Position numbers and translations under genes: made by a program. A stretch of 64,000 nt of DNA. It comes from Marsupella aquatica (lineage: Eukaryota; Plantae; Marchantiophyta). The notes below the pieces were generated by a model that saw only the letters and a list, made by a program, of their open reading frames with translations, was not told where the DNA came from and made no database searches. The DNA lies in NCBI GenBank assembly GCA_973895155.1, contig OZ316892.1:23755971-23819970 (forward strand), read 5' to 3'. The number at the start of each line of letters is the position of its first letter. Position 1 is the first letter of the stretch. Shown one piece after another: positions 1-13,340 of this stretch.

Positions 1-347
1 CGCCCTTGCACCAAGCAGCATGAAGATCAAGGTTGTGGCACCGCCAGAGAGGAAGTACAGTGTCTGGATTGGAGGGTCCATCCTGGCATCACTCAGCACA
101 TTCCAGCAGGTACTCGTGATTTCTGGTCGCAGAACGACCGTGGTTGCGTGTGGCTTGGTTTGTATTGGTTATGATCCAGCTACATTTCAATTCAACGTGA
201 TGCAGGTTTGTTGGCCCTGCAAGCTCTGTGACCCGATCGTGCACTAACATTGTATAATGTATGGTCAATTGTGAAATGCAGATGTGGATTGCTAAAGCAG
301 AGTATGACGAATCAGGTCCCTCTATCGTCCACAGAAAGTGCTTCTAA
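1..347 (+). CDS. ACT: Actin, 3' end (exon <1-109, intron 110-281, last exon 282-347)
   Basis: Translation [36 protein letters not shown]|[21 protein letters not shown] is the canonical actin C-terminus; GT-AG intron at the conserved plant position with a CTAAC branch site. Confidence 0.98.
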
Positions 348-1947
348 ACGATCTAGTTGCAGCGTTTTTACCTGACTCTGTATGGGTGTAAGTAATCACT
401 GGTGGAGCTGTTGTTTCCAGTTTGCGGTTTTGAATTGTTCTGGCAGTGGCGGGATGTAGCTCTGCGATGGTTTAACCTGAGGTTTGTAAAAATAGCAGAC
501 ATTGAGGATGGCTGGGTACCCATGACTTTTAGGGTTTAGGTGCGGCCTCATGTTACCTCATCTATGGGGCCTGGATGTCTTACTTGTCTATGGCCTCGAT
601 TATCAATTTTCACTGACACCTTTTGTTGTAATGCGGCATTTGAGCCAGAGCTCAAATTTGCATTGTCATTCTTATGCCCTCAAATTTTTAGGGTAGATGT
701 AAGTGCCTGCTGATAGTAGATTTTGGAAGGTTCTGTGGCCCACTTCGAATATGTTACAAGCTGCAAGCTTCCAGTGAACTAGCTGCTTGTAGTTCTGGAT
801 ACTGGAGCAGACGACTCATGGTAGACATGCCTCATTATGGCATAACAGATCTAATCTATAGACTCGATGTTAATCAGGCTTTGCCTTGCTTTGCATTAAA
901 GAGCTGTCATGAGTTGAGAGACGAGGGCTCTCGGGCCATTTTTCGCTTGACTTAGTGTTTGGATATCGTCCCGGTAGTGTATTGTGGGGTGGGGTGGGGT
1001 GTGCTCATGTGACGTATTGTAAGTGATGTTGCGAACGTAACTGCTGGTTTGCTTCGCAGTAATAAATCGGGTGCTTTGCATTAAATATAGTCATCTGTTT
1101 CCGTAGTTTTGCTTCCTATTCCGATGGATCTCATCGGAGTTTTGTATGATCTGCAAACTTAGATCTAGTGATTTGAATTCGGTGCACAGGTCACGAATTA
1201 CTCACCTGCGTCTTGTGTGGCATTCACTAGAGGATTTCCGGATCCGAATAACTCTGAATTAACTTCCGCTGATTGTCTAAACCAAGCGGACCTTTTGGGG
1301 TGCCGTTCCATCTGGTCTATGGTAAACCAGTGCAGAGCATTCCTCGTGGACGGTGGGCTATCTCCAGTTCATGTTTACATGTTTACTTGTTTACTGAATT
1401 GCAAGTTTTTTGCTATTAGAATAGCCCTAGCAACTAAAGCGTGATTGAACGATGCAAAAATCATGCCACTAGGAAAGCAATGAATTGAGTGTATGTACAT
1501 TTAACTAAATCGTTGAAAATGTTAGTCTAGTCAAGAATATGTGTGCAAGGGAGAGCAGTGGAAGGCATCCGAATCTAGTCGATGATCCGAAATGGATTGG
1601 TTTCTACTTAACTTTCAGTTGGTAGCGCGCCGTGTGGAATGACCAGGGAAACAAGGTACCGGATATGAAACCTTTCAACCTTTTAACAAGGGTCTGGCAA
1701 AAGCAAAGACCAATAAGCAACCGTGGATCTCATCCCGTCTTTTGCTTTGTTTAGGAACACCATTTCCAAGTGTACACTGGCTATCAGGTATGCATAGAAG
1801 TTGAGTAGGCATGATAGTGGAGATCCATCAAGCACTAGCATAGCTGCTTGCCCAGTGATTCGAGGGATATGCCACCTGCCTTACGATAAACCTTACCAGA
1901 AACCCTCGCCATCAATGACTAAAATAGGAACCAATGAGAATGGGTAA

Positions 1948-1974
1948 TTTAGGGCTTAGGTTTAGGGTTTAGGG
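1948..1974 (+). repeat. Short interstitial plant telomere-like tract (TTTAGGG, about 4 degenerate units)
   Basis: tttagggcttaggtttagggtttaggg followed by G-rich runs. Confidence 0.8.
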
Positions 1975-2324
1975 TAGGTGGTGGTAGGGGGAGGGGGGGT
2001 GTCCGTCTTCGAGGATTACTGGGAGTCTGCCCAGTCACCGTGAAGGCCGATGCCCTTCGAAACTCCCGGTCTGGTTTGTTCCTACCTTTTTGGATTGGCC
2101 AGAGCTGCCGAGGGACACCAGTGACTACCATGAAAATGAGGGGCGGTCTGTATTCGGTCGGCCCTTAAATCGGCCTCCATATCTCCTTGTTTTGCGGTAG
2201 AAATATTGGCCGCCCACTTAACGCAAAGACTGGTAGCAGCTTCGCCTAAATAGCAAAGGAACTCAAACAAACCCTTCGAAGTGCAGTGGAATCCCATCAG
2301 CAGAATTCAAGCGCAAATGGAAGC

Positions 2325-2432
2325 GAAATGGTGCATCACTAACAGAAATTCTATTCAAAGAAATGGTGCATCACTAACAGGCACGTCTATTCAAAGAGTG
2401 GTGCATCACTAACAGATTCAATCCAATCAAAG
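2325..2432 (+). repeat. Tandem repeat, 3 x about 35 bp
   Basis: Core tggtgcatcactaacag...tcaaag occurs three times head to tail. Confidence 0.85.
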
Positions 2433-3129
2433 TACTTAATTCCATGAGCAGAATTCAATCACAAATGGTAGAAAAATAGGGTCAGAGCAATGAATGGTAT
2501 TCTGCTGAAAATTGAAAATCATCACTGAGCAGAGGAAATGGATGATCACTGTCAGCGAAAGAACTTGAGCTGAACTGATTCAGCACAAGACAAAACCTTT
2601 CACTCAAATGCCGCCACAGATGCTTGTGCCTAGTTGTGCGGGACGAGTGTTACTGCTTTCCGAATCATTTCTTCAGATTGTAGTCACATGTGTCGAGAAG
2701 CACCAATGCTCCCAACGACTGACGTTTCGAAAGTAGACGCCCTTCGAAACTAAGGCATTGGACTTCTTGGTGAGGGAGGACTGAGCATTTCCGTTCTAGG
2801 ATTCTATGAGTGACTACGTTCATTTGTAGTCTGGGATCTAGATCGTTCGCATCTGTGCTCTTTCTGCTCTAATTTGTTGCAGGGGTGCAGTCTGGAAGCT
2901 AGACAAGGCAATGGTGCTGACTTGACGCTTCGGAGTGCTTTCTCCTTTTGTTAACTTTCCTTCGATTCCGTCGAGCGGTCGGGATGAGCTACTGTAGAGC
3001 ATGTGGGAGAGATCGAGGGCGGGGGAGTGCAGAGGACCAGCTTTTCTCAAGCGGAGGAGCACGCGCTGTGACATTGTCAGGTACCGATAGGTGAATTCGA
3101 GGCAGGCTTTAGAAGCAGAGGGCAAAGCG

Positions 3130-3247
3130 CACCACACCACACCACACCTCAGCAAAGCCAACAACCAACAACCTGCAACACACCTCCAACACCACACCAC
3201 ACCACACCTCAGCAAAGCCAACAACCAGATAACCTGCAACACACCTC
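3130..3247 (+). repeat. 60-bp tandem duplication upstream of TPK
   Basis: caccacaccacaccacacctcagcaaagccaacaacca...acctgcaacacacctc at 3130 and 3190. Confidence 0.9.
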
Positions 3248-3356
3248 TAACGGACGGACCCAAAATCTGCTGCGGAGGAGCAGAAGCAAGAGAAATTTTG
3301 CCAATCGAGGAGGAAGTCTGACTGAGCAAGCAGAAATCGGAGAGGGGGAGGGAGAA

Positions 3357-5932
3357 ATGGTAGAGGTCATGCGGCATCGCACAAATTTCTCCTTGTTGGG
3401 GCCATACGACGTAAGATCTGACCACGAGGACGATTCGCAGCAGGCCCTCGTCCTCGTCTTACTGAATTACCACCTCCCACGCTTCACACTCACTCTGTGG
3501 CAACAAGGTGCGTCCACTCCGTTCCTCGCTGCCTGCAACGATCTCCTTCCCTCGTACCCAAATCAAGTCGAGCTTGGCTAACAGCACAGCACAGCACAGC
3601 ACAGTGCCCGCCCAATAAGCCACTCGCCTCTCTCTGTTAAATATCCTGAAAGTTGCATTCTCGGGGTTGGATAGGTCGTCCGTGGCTCCTTCGGTCAGGG
3701 AATTTGTGAGCGGTAGGGGATTTTTGGACGGACATGAGCTCGAGGTACAGATGGGTTGACCGAAAGGTGTCCTTGGTATGTCTGCCAACTATTTGTAGAA
3801 CAGTGCGGCTGCGCGTTTGTGCTGATGGAGGAGCAAACCGTCTGTTCGACGAATTGCCGAAGTTTCTACCGCATGAAGATGAAGATAGCGTCCGGCACAG
3901 GTCTGCGAAGCTCTGTTTGTTGTAATGTGAGCTGCTGTACTGAGACTTTTGATGTGGATTTATTTACATGAACATTTGAAGTGAGAAACCTTCCACAGAA
4001 TTTCCGAATCTTGAAATGGGTGCACCCAAATCAAACTGAAAAATGTTAGGAAGATACAAAAGATGCATGGGGGATGGTGATGCCATTGTTGCATAAGGTA
4101 GGACGGGAAATTGGGAAAGGGGGAACCCTTTTTTCCTTCGTCATTAATATTACAGCACATTCAGCAGTAGATAATTGGAATACTACATACTGGTCATCGC
4201 GGAGGACGGAAGTATCCAGTATTCTTAGGTGCCTTGCTCCAAGCTCAGTGCATCTCTTCAAGCTACTGTACTTATCTGGGTGGCGATATGATTTCCTCCC
4301 CTCTGCCTCCACCCAAATTCTGGATTTCCCAGTTTGGAAAGATCACAAATTTTCACGAACTTCTCGCCACCAAGGAATTTTCCATCTAAAGCACGTGCTG
4401 ATGCGGAGAACGACTACGAGAGTAGAGTTGAACTGCCTTGCATAACATATGAACAGAATGGTTAAGGTTTGGACCGTGGATTATAGGAGGGTAGCTTGGA
4501 CAGAAAAGGTTGAGGAGGAGTCATGTAAGATCTAAAAACAGTCTTGGGGTCCCTAAGGTAACTCTAAGCAGTGTTAGCAAATTTCTAGACTACATCTCTT
4601 GAGTGGCTGGAATCAGAATTAGCTTGGAACGGAACTTTTGGTAATTGAAATCTTGAACTCAAATTATTGTAAGTTTTTTATGTTTCAATGTTTCAGATAT
4701 AAGCCAGATGTGATAATTGGAGATCTGGACTCTCTTCGCCCAGAAGTCCGAGAGTTCTACTCAAAACTGGTCAGCCCTCACTTCCCTAGGTCCTCGTAGT
4801 GTTGGAATGCATATGGAAAGTGTTACTAAAATAACACCGGAAGAGTAGGAATATGATTTTCTGTTTTCCATCAAGCAAGTCTAATATAACCATGGAAGGA
4901 GGGAAGGTTCAAGGTCATGGCGTGAATTGTGATTATCACTATTATCCTTGCCAAGACGTTGATGCGATTTTTGACGCAAGCCCAGGTTGCAAGCTGAATC
5001 CGAGATGTTCGTCCAGGCGTGGATCTCTAGATAAATCTGCATTGTTTTGTGTGTAATAGCCTGTGTTCTTTAGAACTAGTATTCCAGCTTCTGTGTTCCA
5101 GAGTCTGAAGACAGGGTGATATTGAAGGGATAACGGATGATTTATCCCGCTTCCAATTTCGTGACTGCAGGGAACAACAGTAGTGGATCAGTCCTCTGAT
5201 CAAGACACAACAGACTTGGAAAAATGTATTAATTTTGTCAGGAACTCTACCCCACATTTGGAAGCTGTCGAGGTGAGTTATTGTTGAAAACCAGTATTCT
5301 GGTAATTTTGTTACAACAAGTGCCCTCCTTGAAGTATTCGATGGTCATGTACGGCAGGGATTCTTTTGCAATTGTCTTTTCTATATACCTTTGTAAACTT
5401 CTAACCAATTTGAAAACCACATCTCAGATAAAGCTGCTTGTGGTGGGAGCCCTTGAAGGCCGATTTGATCATGTAGCTGCCCATATCAATGTGTTGTACA
5501 AGTTCTCAAGTGTACGCATCATCCTTCTAGGTGATGAAAGCTTGCTGTATCTTCTTCACCGAGGTTACTCTCACGAGATCTCGCTCAATACGACCTTTGA
5601 GGGTCCCCACTGTGGACTGATACCGTTTGGGACAACCTCTGAGAGTACAACCACCACGGGCCTTCAATGGAATCTGAGTATGGATCCCCCCTGGCCCAAA
5701 GAAGTTAACTCTGAGAAAGTTTTGCAGTTTGTTTGTAACTGTCTATAGAAGAACTCTTCAAGCGCAGATTTCAAGGCGCCAATTGCTAATCTGTGTTCTT
5801 GTCCGGGACGCAGATAACACGAAAATGGCATTCGGTTCGTTAGTAAGCACATCCAATCTTCTTCTTGGTGATTTTGTCACTGTTGTTTCGGATACTCATT
5901 TGGTGTGGGTTGAATCTCTTCGATCGGCATAA
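3357..5932 (+). CDS. TPK1: Thiamine pyrophosphokinase; exons 3357-3507, 3804-3900, 4697-4769, 5171-5272, 5428-5677, 5814-5932
   Basis: Motifs LRVCADGGANRL, YKPDVIIGDLDS, DQDTTDLEKC, GALEGRFDH, EGPHCGLIP, TTGLQWNL, FGSLVSTSN join in frame across GT-AG introns. Confidence 0.95.
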
Positions 5933-6909
5933 GTTGTTCTTGGGACGTTATCTACACTTAGCTTTTGCGTTTGTAACATTAGAAATCTCTAGAATTGTAT
6001 CTCGCCATATTGTGGTTCCTAGTCTCATTGTTAGAATTTGCAATTTAGCGTCAGATGGATCTAGAGGTCTTCAAATTCAAAGGAGCGGGTGTAAAGCAAC
6101 ACTTGTTTTGCAGAGAGACTAATTAAAAAAAATTCGGAAGATGTCTGTCCATTTCTGGACTTATATCTATTCAATTGATTTCCTTAGTTGTACCAAGTTA
6201 TTAGAATTCTTGTAGTGGCAGGCATGTACAAAAGGCATCCAAGCCTCAGAACTATGCATTTGATGAATGTTCATAAGACTTATGGGAAGCTCCTTGAGTA
6301 ACCTAATAAGGTCCTTGCAACTGTGCACTTGAGTTAATGTGTTTGTGTGTTCACTCTGGATAATCTGGTGTGTTTATTGGAAGTGTTGAGGAATTCCAAG
6401 AGGAGGAGGCTGGGTTCAGAGCAGGAGCCTAATTTATTACTAGCCATGTTAACTCTTTTGTTCCAGAAGAGCCCACCGTTGGGTTGGGAATCCTCAGTCA
6501 AACCACGGAATTGAAACTATGGTATTGAATATGAGCATTGGCGCCAGGTTACACCCTGTGGCAGCACGGATTCAAAGTGCACCGAGTCTACTTTCGCTCC
6601 AAAGAAGGGTTGAGCCTCTTCTGTAGGGTGTTGATTTTCCTTTCACATCTCTCCTAACCTCATGTCAAAATTATATATACAAATTTGAACAGTAACCAAA
6701 CATAGAATCCTGGTCACGTCACACTCTACTGAAGGACGCACACATTCCCAAATGTAGTCCGGAGTATGTTTGAAGCCCGACCCAAGTCACGGTCACAGCC
6801 CAGCAAACTTATCACGAGAATTTGTGTCTGAAGAGTGCTCCATGCGAGGGAAAACTGCCAATTTGGCTACTCTCTCACCAAAATTATAAGGTAATCCATG
6901 AGCAGGGGT

Positions 6910-9900
6910 TCAAAGAGCCCAGTCTGGAAGAGGACACTCGTATGCCCATGAGGGACTGGCATAACGGACGCAATGTAGCCACATCCCTTCTTCGTCGTTG
7001 TTATACCTGTACAACCGATTCTTTAACCAATTAGACTTCTTCAAGCCTTGCAAGCAATAAAAACCCCTTGCACATTCTATTCATTCACTTGTGTTGCAAA
7101 AGGTCCGAAGTCTGAAGCATCCTTACCCCAAGGGCCCAAGATTGGGACAATTAGTACACATCACATCCACAGAAAATGGCTTCCAATTTCCTTCTATTTG
7201 GTCCCCGGCCCACTCCTGGGGCATTGGATATGGAGTCCTCCCAACTGTTTTGCTTATTCCACTTGAAGGCTCTATGGGACTATCTCCCCTAGCTTCGTCA
7301 TGAAGGGGTCTATCAGTAGGCAATAGAGGTATCCTGGAGTCCAAACAGAAATCTTCAGTGTTCTGCCTGGTCAATGTTTCCTCGATAGAATCTCCCCTCT
7401 GCCCTGAGTGCTTATCCCCTTTGACAGCGTCAACGACTGGGTTTTTGGTCTCTGCTGATCTTTCGCTGCGGCTGACGCCTGACATGGTTGTAGTAGCTCC
7501 AACAGTGTCTTCTGCGCTACCCACTAAACAAGCATTTGATGGAATGAAGTATCTTGCTGACTTTGCTGCTCTGTCAAAATTGATTCCTTCCCTACTCCGT
7601 TTAGGTGGATGCGCTTGTAAGTAAAGGTCGTCATTGGCAATGGGATGCCCAAGATGCTTGAGATGCACTCGTATCTGCCATTTGTACAAAGCATGCAAGT
7701 TTATTTTCAAAGTGGGAGGAATCCCTAGGACAACTCAATGTCGGGTGTTCCTACCTGCTGGTCCATACTAAGAGCAACTTACAAGCCAAAAACTTTCCAG
7801 CAACCATTAAAAGTCCGGTCATTCAATCTAATTCCCAATTATAGTAAGGGAAAGAATTGCAATAACCTGATGAGTTCGACCTGTAATGGGTTCACAGCGT
7901 ACAATACTGCAGACACCATCGGTGCTTAGTCTTTGAAATTTAGTCCTCGCTTCCTTGACCTTGCCCTTGCCAGTTCCTGCTTGCCCAGTCTGAGCAACAG
8001 ACCAGTATATTAACGGGCACCACGTAGGAAGACAGAAATCTGATATGGACAGGTAAATCACATGACATTTGCGAAGTACATATTGCACAAACTTCAAAGC
8101 TGAACATGACATAAAGGAGCCCTAGTACCTCAATAGTACTAACTCCTTCACGAGGATCATGACTAACGGCCGCATTTACTTCAACCTACAAGACGGTTTG
8201 TAGAGAAGAACGGGTGATATTATATTCCCAAGTGAAACAGAATAAGTCTTCATAACAATACGATCTAGAAGCTGCCATGGGTTCAGTAAATCCCTATTTC
8301 AGATTCAGGGAAAAGTACAAATGTTCTAGAAACCTCATGTGCAGGAAAGACTCCGATCACTTTGGCCACATATTGCTTGTGAACTCTTCCTGCTTCAATC
8401 TGCCAGTAGCAATCGCCCATATAGCTTTAAATTAGATTGATGGTTGTCCAATTTTGTGTGAAGCATATATTGCACACCGCAAATTGAATCAGATAAGCGA
8501 TACGCAACCACAGACTCCATGCCACCTTCTGAAACCATAAGTGCTTGCGTTGTGCTATGCGATACTTGTCACATGCGTTCTGGCTCAAGTTAAGTACTAA
8601 GGTATGATAAAACAAATGCTGAATAAGGGTAGACCAGAAAGTAGACGACAAATACCTCTTCTCGAAAGAAATTAGCTGTTTGAGCATTTCTGGCTAGTAT
8701 GAGCAGGCCTGATACCAAACGATCCAGCCGATGTATCGCTGAAGTTAGGTGGTAGCCCAAAGTCAAGGATCCGATGTATGTCTTGGTTTGTACCCAAACT
8801 TTGATTTATGAAATGCGTTTAGATCAAAGTCTGTATTGGAATCAATGTCTGTATTGGAAATCTTATGCCTGACCTAAGGCCGAAGCGTGAGAAATGATAC
8901 AATGCTCAGTTGAAGCGAAGCGAGAAAGTTGTAAATTGTGACACTCAACAAGACTTGCCAGCAGGATACGAAAGAGTTGCCCAGTCTTATGCTCTGCCTC
9001 CAATATGCCAACCACCGTGTTCTTTCGGTACTGCCCACAGGAGTGCACCTGTTTATACGGGTCACGAATAAGAAGAACCGACAATGTGAAGCCAAAGGCC
9101 AAGTCATGAATAAATGAGCTGGTAGGCAACATTATCACATCAAATAAAAGGCTTGCTGATCCTACACATTGTCCCTGCAAAATTGTAAATGTCATCAAGT
9201 GGACTCACAGGCATGGATGGAGGCTTGCACACTGTAATGACATTGGGGCCCTCCTCGAGAATCTTAACGGGTTGAGCCAGCACTGGTGGTTCATGCCTGT
9301 AAACAACTTCCCCTTCATGTTTAAGGATCTTTGAAAATGTTAACATGTCACGAGATGGATTTTCATGGCATATCAAAGCCTCCTATATAAACCCTATGTC
9401 AAGTCCTGAAAAGAGAACATATAGAGCCAGGGATGGTACCTATGTACAAAGTGACTCATCTTTTGGGAATCACGCAAGATCATTGATGGTGCAACCTTCC
9501 TATTTTCGACCCGAATACGTCCACTTTCGACTGCTTGGACCTGCAGGAACCATGGAAACCTACAAAATTACCACTGAGATGCCTGAATTCCAAAACGAAG
9601 TCTATCGAATGTCTACTGACCTGGTCACTCAGTCTGTGTTATAATTAATCAAAGAGAGTGAGAAACACAGATTGAAGATAAAGGATTTGTAACAAGAGCT
9701 GCATGCGCACATATTGAAGTCACATTCATACTGTTCGTATATGTTCAAATGAGAGTCAGAATCGGAAACTCTCTCCACCCAACAATTAAAACTCACATAA
9801 TAGTCAGGAGGTCGCCCCTTGAACTCTTCCGCGTAGACATCAACAATAGTCTTCCCCGCCCACCTTCGCTTGGCCTGCACATTGATCCCAGCAAGTTGAG

Positions 9901-10935
9901 GATGTTCATAAAAAACATTGTGATTGTGGTGTCAGCCTCTGTTCTGCGTTGTTTACCACCCTAATCCTCTAGAAGCCCGCAATACAACGGCATTTATGCA
10001 GACCAGCCATCAATCAAACATTCGCATTGTGTCCCAACAACTCAGATAGCTGGTCAAGTTGATACTTGGCTAAACCCTAAACCCCACCTCCAATTCTCAT
10101 TTCCCTTTCCAACCCGAAACCAGTCAACTCCTCCGCCTATCCACATAATGCGTTGATCAGTTTCTCCAGTGTGGAAAATACATTTTTGAGTGAAGGGAGA
10201 GTACATACATGAGCGACAAACTCAAAGAAGTACGGCCGCACAAAACGTTTCCCTGCAGAACCCTCCAATGTCAAGACACTCTGGTCCCGCGAGTACTGTG
10301 AGATAGGTAGATGCAGAACCATTCAATCGTTTCTTAGGCGAATACGGGATATCTATAATGGACCCTTTTCGTTCATTCCACACAGCTATCGAGATAAGTC
10401 AATGGAGACTACATGCCTATCATAGAGACATAGTAATAGTTTTCATTCATTAGCAATCCCCTTTAGCGCAGATAGAGCCAAGCAGTCAGACGTGCCCTGC
10501 CTGAACAAACGCATTTCAGAGGCCATCCGAAGCCCTGGACCCTCTTGAACTCGACAAGATAATAATTCCTCGTTCTTCAAAACATTTAGCACCATCGTGG
10601 GTGACAGCCAATTCAAGGGATTTTTAGAACAGAATTCCTCCGAACCTTTCGCCAGAATTATTAAATTCCAGGTATCATGGCAGTGGCGGTTTATCAGATG
10701 TGCTGAATAAATCATGCCCTGAGATTCCTTTCCGAGACTCCGGGTGCTCGTGAGATTCTCAGATGTTGGAAGAGGCATGTAGCTGGTCAGAGGAGTACTA
10801 TACTTCAAATACATTGTCAACCAGAATGCAGAGGGGCACACCGTTCAGGAAAATGTAGTCATCAACGTTAAATGGCGTGTCTGGGTTTTCCCAGACTATA
10901 CTCGCATCTCCTTCCTCTTGCTCCGAAGAAGCCAT
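6910..10935 (-). CDS. RNA pseudouridine synthase, RluA family (plant RNA pseudouridine synthase 7 / RPUSD2-like), about 12 exons
   Basis: [54 protein letters not shown], catalytic [30 protein letters not shown]-terminal CTNCP...WLHCVRY...[10 protein letters not shown]. Confidence 0.93.
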
Positions 10936-11621
10936 GCAAGCTTCTACGCGAGTTGAATTGCTCAAACCGTCCTTCCTCACTTGGTGTTCCTTGCCCAATG
11001 ACGGGAGCTGGAGAAACGCAATGGCTGCATCCGTGCTCAGGAACGGATGGGGAAGAGTCTCTTCGATTAAATCCGCATCCAGAATCTCCACCTGACTCTT
11101 TTTCTGTGTGGTGACGACACCAAATGGAAGGACCGGCTTCGATCAAAAAGTGTAGATGGGTTTTGATTCCCAGATTGCTCGGTGGACCATCACAGGGAGA
11201 GAGAGAGAAAACTGTTGCCAGAATGGAAAGCTCTGCACCTAGTGATCAAGCATGATCAAGCATGATCAAGCACGCACTACCCTCAACGCACACACACAAA
11301 GGTATGGGAGTGTGAAGTTGGGGGACTCCAAAAATTGCAAGGCTCAATCCCAAGCTTAGGTGGGTTGGGTAGGGGATGAGCCCCAGGTTCACTCCCTTTG
11401 TGGGTAGTGGATGAGAGTTCTGATTATCGATGGGGCCTTGTTGTCTTTTGTGGCCCTGCTGTAATACTCGCTCCCTCCTGGTGCGATCCTTGTCAGATCT
11501 GTGTAGGCTCACCCTGAAATGGGTTAGTTACAAAGAATGTATGTCACACTATTGGGGTGGGGAGAGACTACTAAGTGTTATTCCCCATTTCCATTCTAGA
11601 CAAAAGAAATTTTTGCAAGGT

Positions 11622-11984
11622 TCTTAATCCCATCACTTATCACTCATGCACATGTTAGGAATTAACTCTAGTTCTTAGTTAAGTTCTTAATCCCATCACT
11701 TATCACTCATGCACATGTTAGGAATTAACTGTAGTTCTCAGTTCTTAAATGTAGTGAGTTTGGTTTTACTAGGGTTCATTAACTTTTGTTTACTTGAAAA
11801 TAAGATTCACTTAGGTCCACACTTCTTAATCCCTTTGGGGGGTATAGGCCAGAGGAAATACATTCTCTTCCTCATTTTCACATGTATTTACTCATGCGAT
11901 GGATTCTCTAAGTGTTTCTCTATCATGGTGCTTCTATAATTTAATGTGAGATGTTGGTGCTTCTATAGTTTAATGTGAGATGTT
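11622..11984. repeat. Two local tandem duplications (about 61 bp at 11622/11683; about 29 bp at about 11926/11955)
   Basis: ttcttaatcccatcacttatcactcatgcacatgttaggaattaact x2; tggtgcttctataatttaatgtgagatgttg x2 (near-identical). Confidence 0.85.
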
Positions 11985-12989
11985 GAATGCACTCATGTTC
12001 CACGTACTTGCTCTCAGCATCCCATTTCTTACACCACAATGAAAGTCGGCTGGCTTGCCTAATTTGAACATAAATTTGGTGGTTGGCCTTTTGCTCTGGG
12101 TGGCCACGCCAAGTTGTATAATTTCCACTTGACTGACCTGGCTTAGTCAAGTTTTCAACTTGGCAGCCCAGATGAGTCATCATCTTGGCTGATATTTGAA
12201 TCCAAGGATCGATAACTGATGGGGTTGCAATACTCAAGCATTGACTTCTCAGATCATACTCCATCACCTTGCTTGATGTGGAAAAGTATCCCTGGTATGA
12301 CAGATTACTTTTTCCAATTGAATTGAATGATGTGTATGACCTGGCAAAGGGGGTGAGGAAGGGACCTTTGTCTCATGATTTTGATGCATATGTTTGCCAC
12401 ATATACTATATTGGTCTCACCCAATAACCACGGTACATTGTTAGGCATTTATTCTTGGGTCTAGAGTTATTGTGTGACTACACTTGTCTAATCATAATAA
12501 GAGACTTGGTTAAGGTTAAATATGCCACTACTATATTCACTACCAAGATGTAGCCAGTGGGTGAAACTTAGACTCAATTTAATGAAACTATCTAAGAGAT
12601 AGGCAGAGTTTACTTGATATGGCCAACGGGTTTTGATTCCAATAAAGATCTTTTGTGTGTTCTCACAAATGTAGTCTCTTAGGGGTGAACAACTTATCTC
12701 TTGTGTTGACTACTTGGTGTTTGTCAAATGTTGCACATGAGAATGGTGTCATTGAGTAGCGGTCATTTGCTCAACACACCCATCCAAACAATATGTCTTA
12801 TGACATACGCTATATTGGTCCTGACACAATAGCCACACCCCCTATAATAACCATACTCCGTAAGGCCCCACAAAGAACACCCTATCTTGCACTTGTACAC
12901 AGTTTGCAAGATAACAACAAACACAAAATATGTAAACTGGGAGGAAATAATGTGGAAGAAGTCTCCACATTACAGTAAAGCACATTTTG

Positions 12990-13340
12990 CACTTATTCAT
13001 ACTAGCCCCAACTAACGGTTCTTTGAAAGTGAATAGCAGAGAGCTAGGACACAATAAAAGTGTCAACAAAGTATATTCCCTATTCACATTCTTTGAAGGT
13101 TTAGTGAAATGATCCAAAAACCATCTTGCAGATATATTATGGTGGGGCCCTAGAGCCCATTTTTTGAATGTAAATTGAAATCATGACAAAAAGCATCCAT
13201 GCTTATCACTTGACGTACATTATAGCCATGAGCTTTCCCATCCACATGGTGGGCCATAGAGTTACGGTCTAGAGACTTCACTCTAGAAACCTAGGCCCCA
13301 ACTCTAGATTGTGTTTGGCACTTTAGAAGTAAGATTGCAT
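12990..13340 (+). mobile_element. Dispersed repeat family A, copy 1 (degenerate, probably TE-derived)
   Basis: Aligns by eye with 39130-39290 (same strand) and with 40860-41055 plus 41640-41745 (opposite strand), e.g. ccatccacatgg...cttcactctaga...ccccaactc...gcactttagaagtaagatt. Confidence 0.7.

Noticed and set aside
2325-2432. CRISPR-like array
   Set aside because: Spacers are about 15 nt and similar to one another; eukaryotic context with no cas genes.
2838-3425. 195-aa minus-strand ORF
   Set aside because: Antisense to the TPK 5' region; its internal repeat comes from the 60-bp DNA duplication; no protein motif.
5678-5813. TPP riboswitch in the last TPK intron (contains CTGAGAAAGT)
   Set aside because: The downstream CCC..GAACCTGA..GGTAATGCC..CG.AGG core and the upstream GGG..GC are absent.
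10936-11091. N-terminal extension of the pseudouridine synthase from GTG at 11091
   Set aside because: No in-frame ATG before an upstream stop; ATG at 10935 fits homologs, though an upstream exon cannot be excluded.
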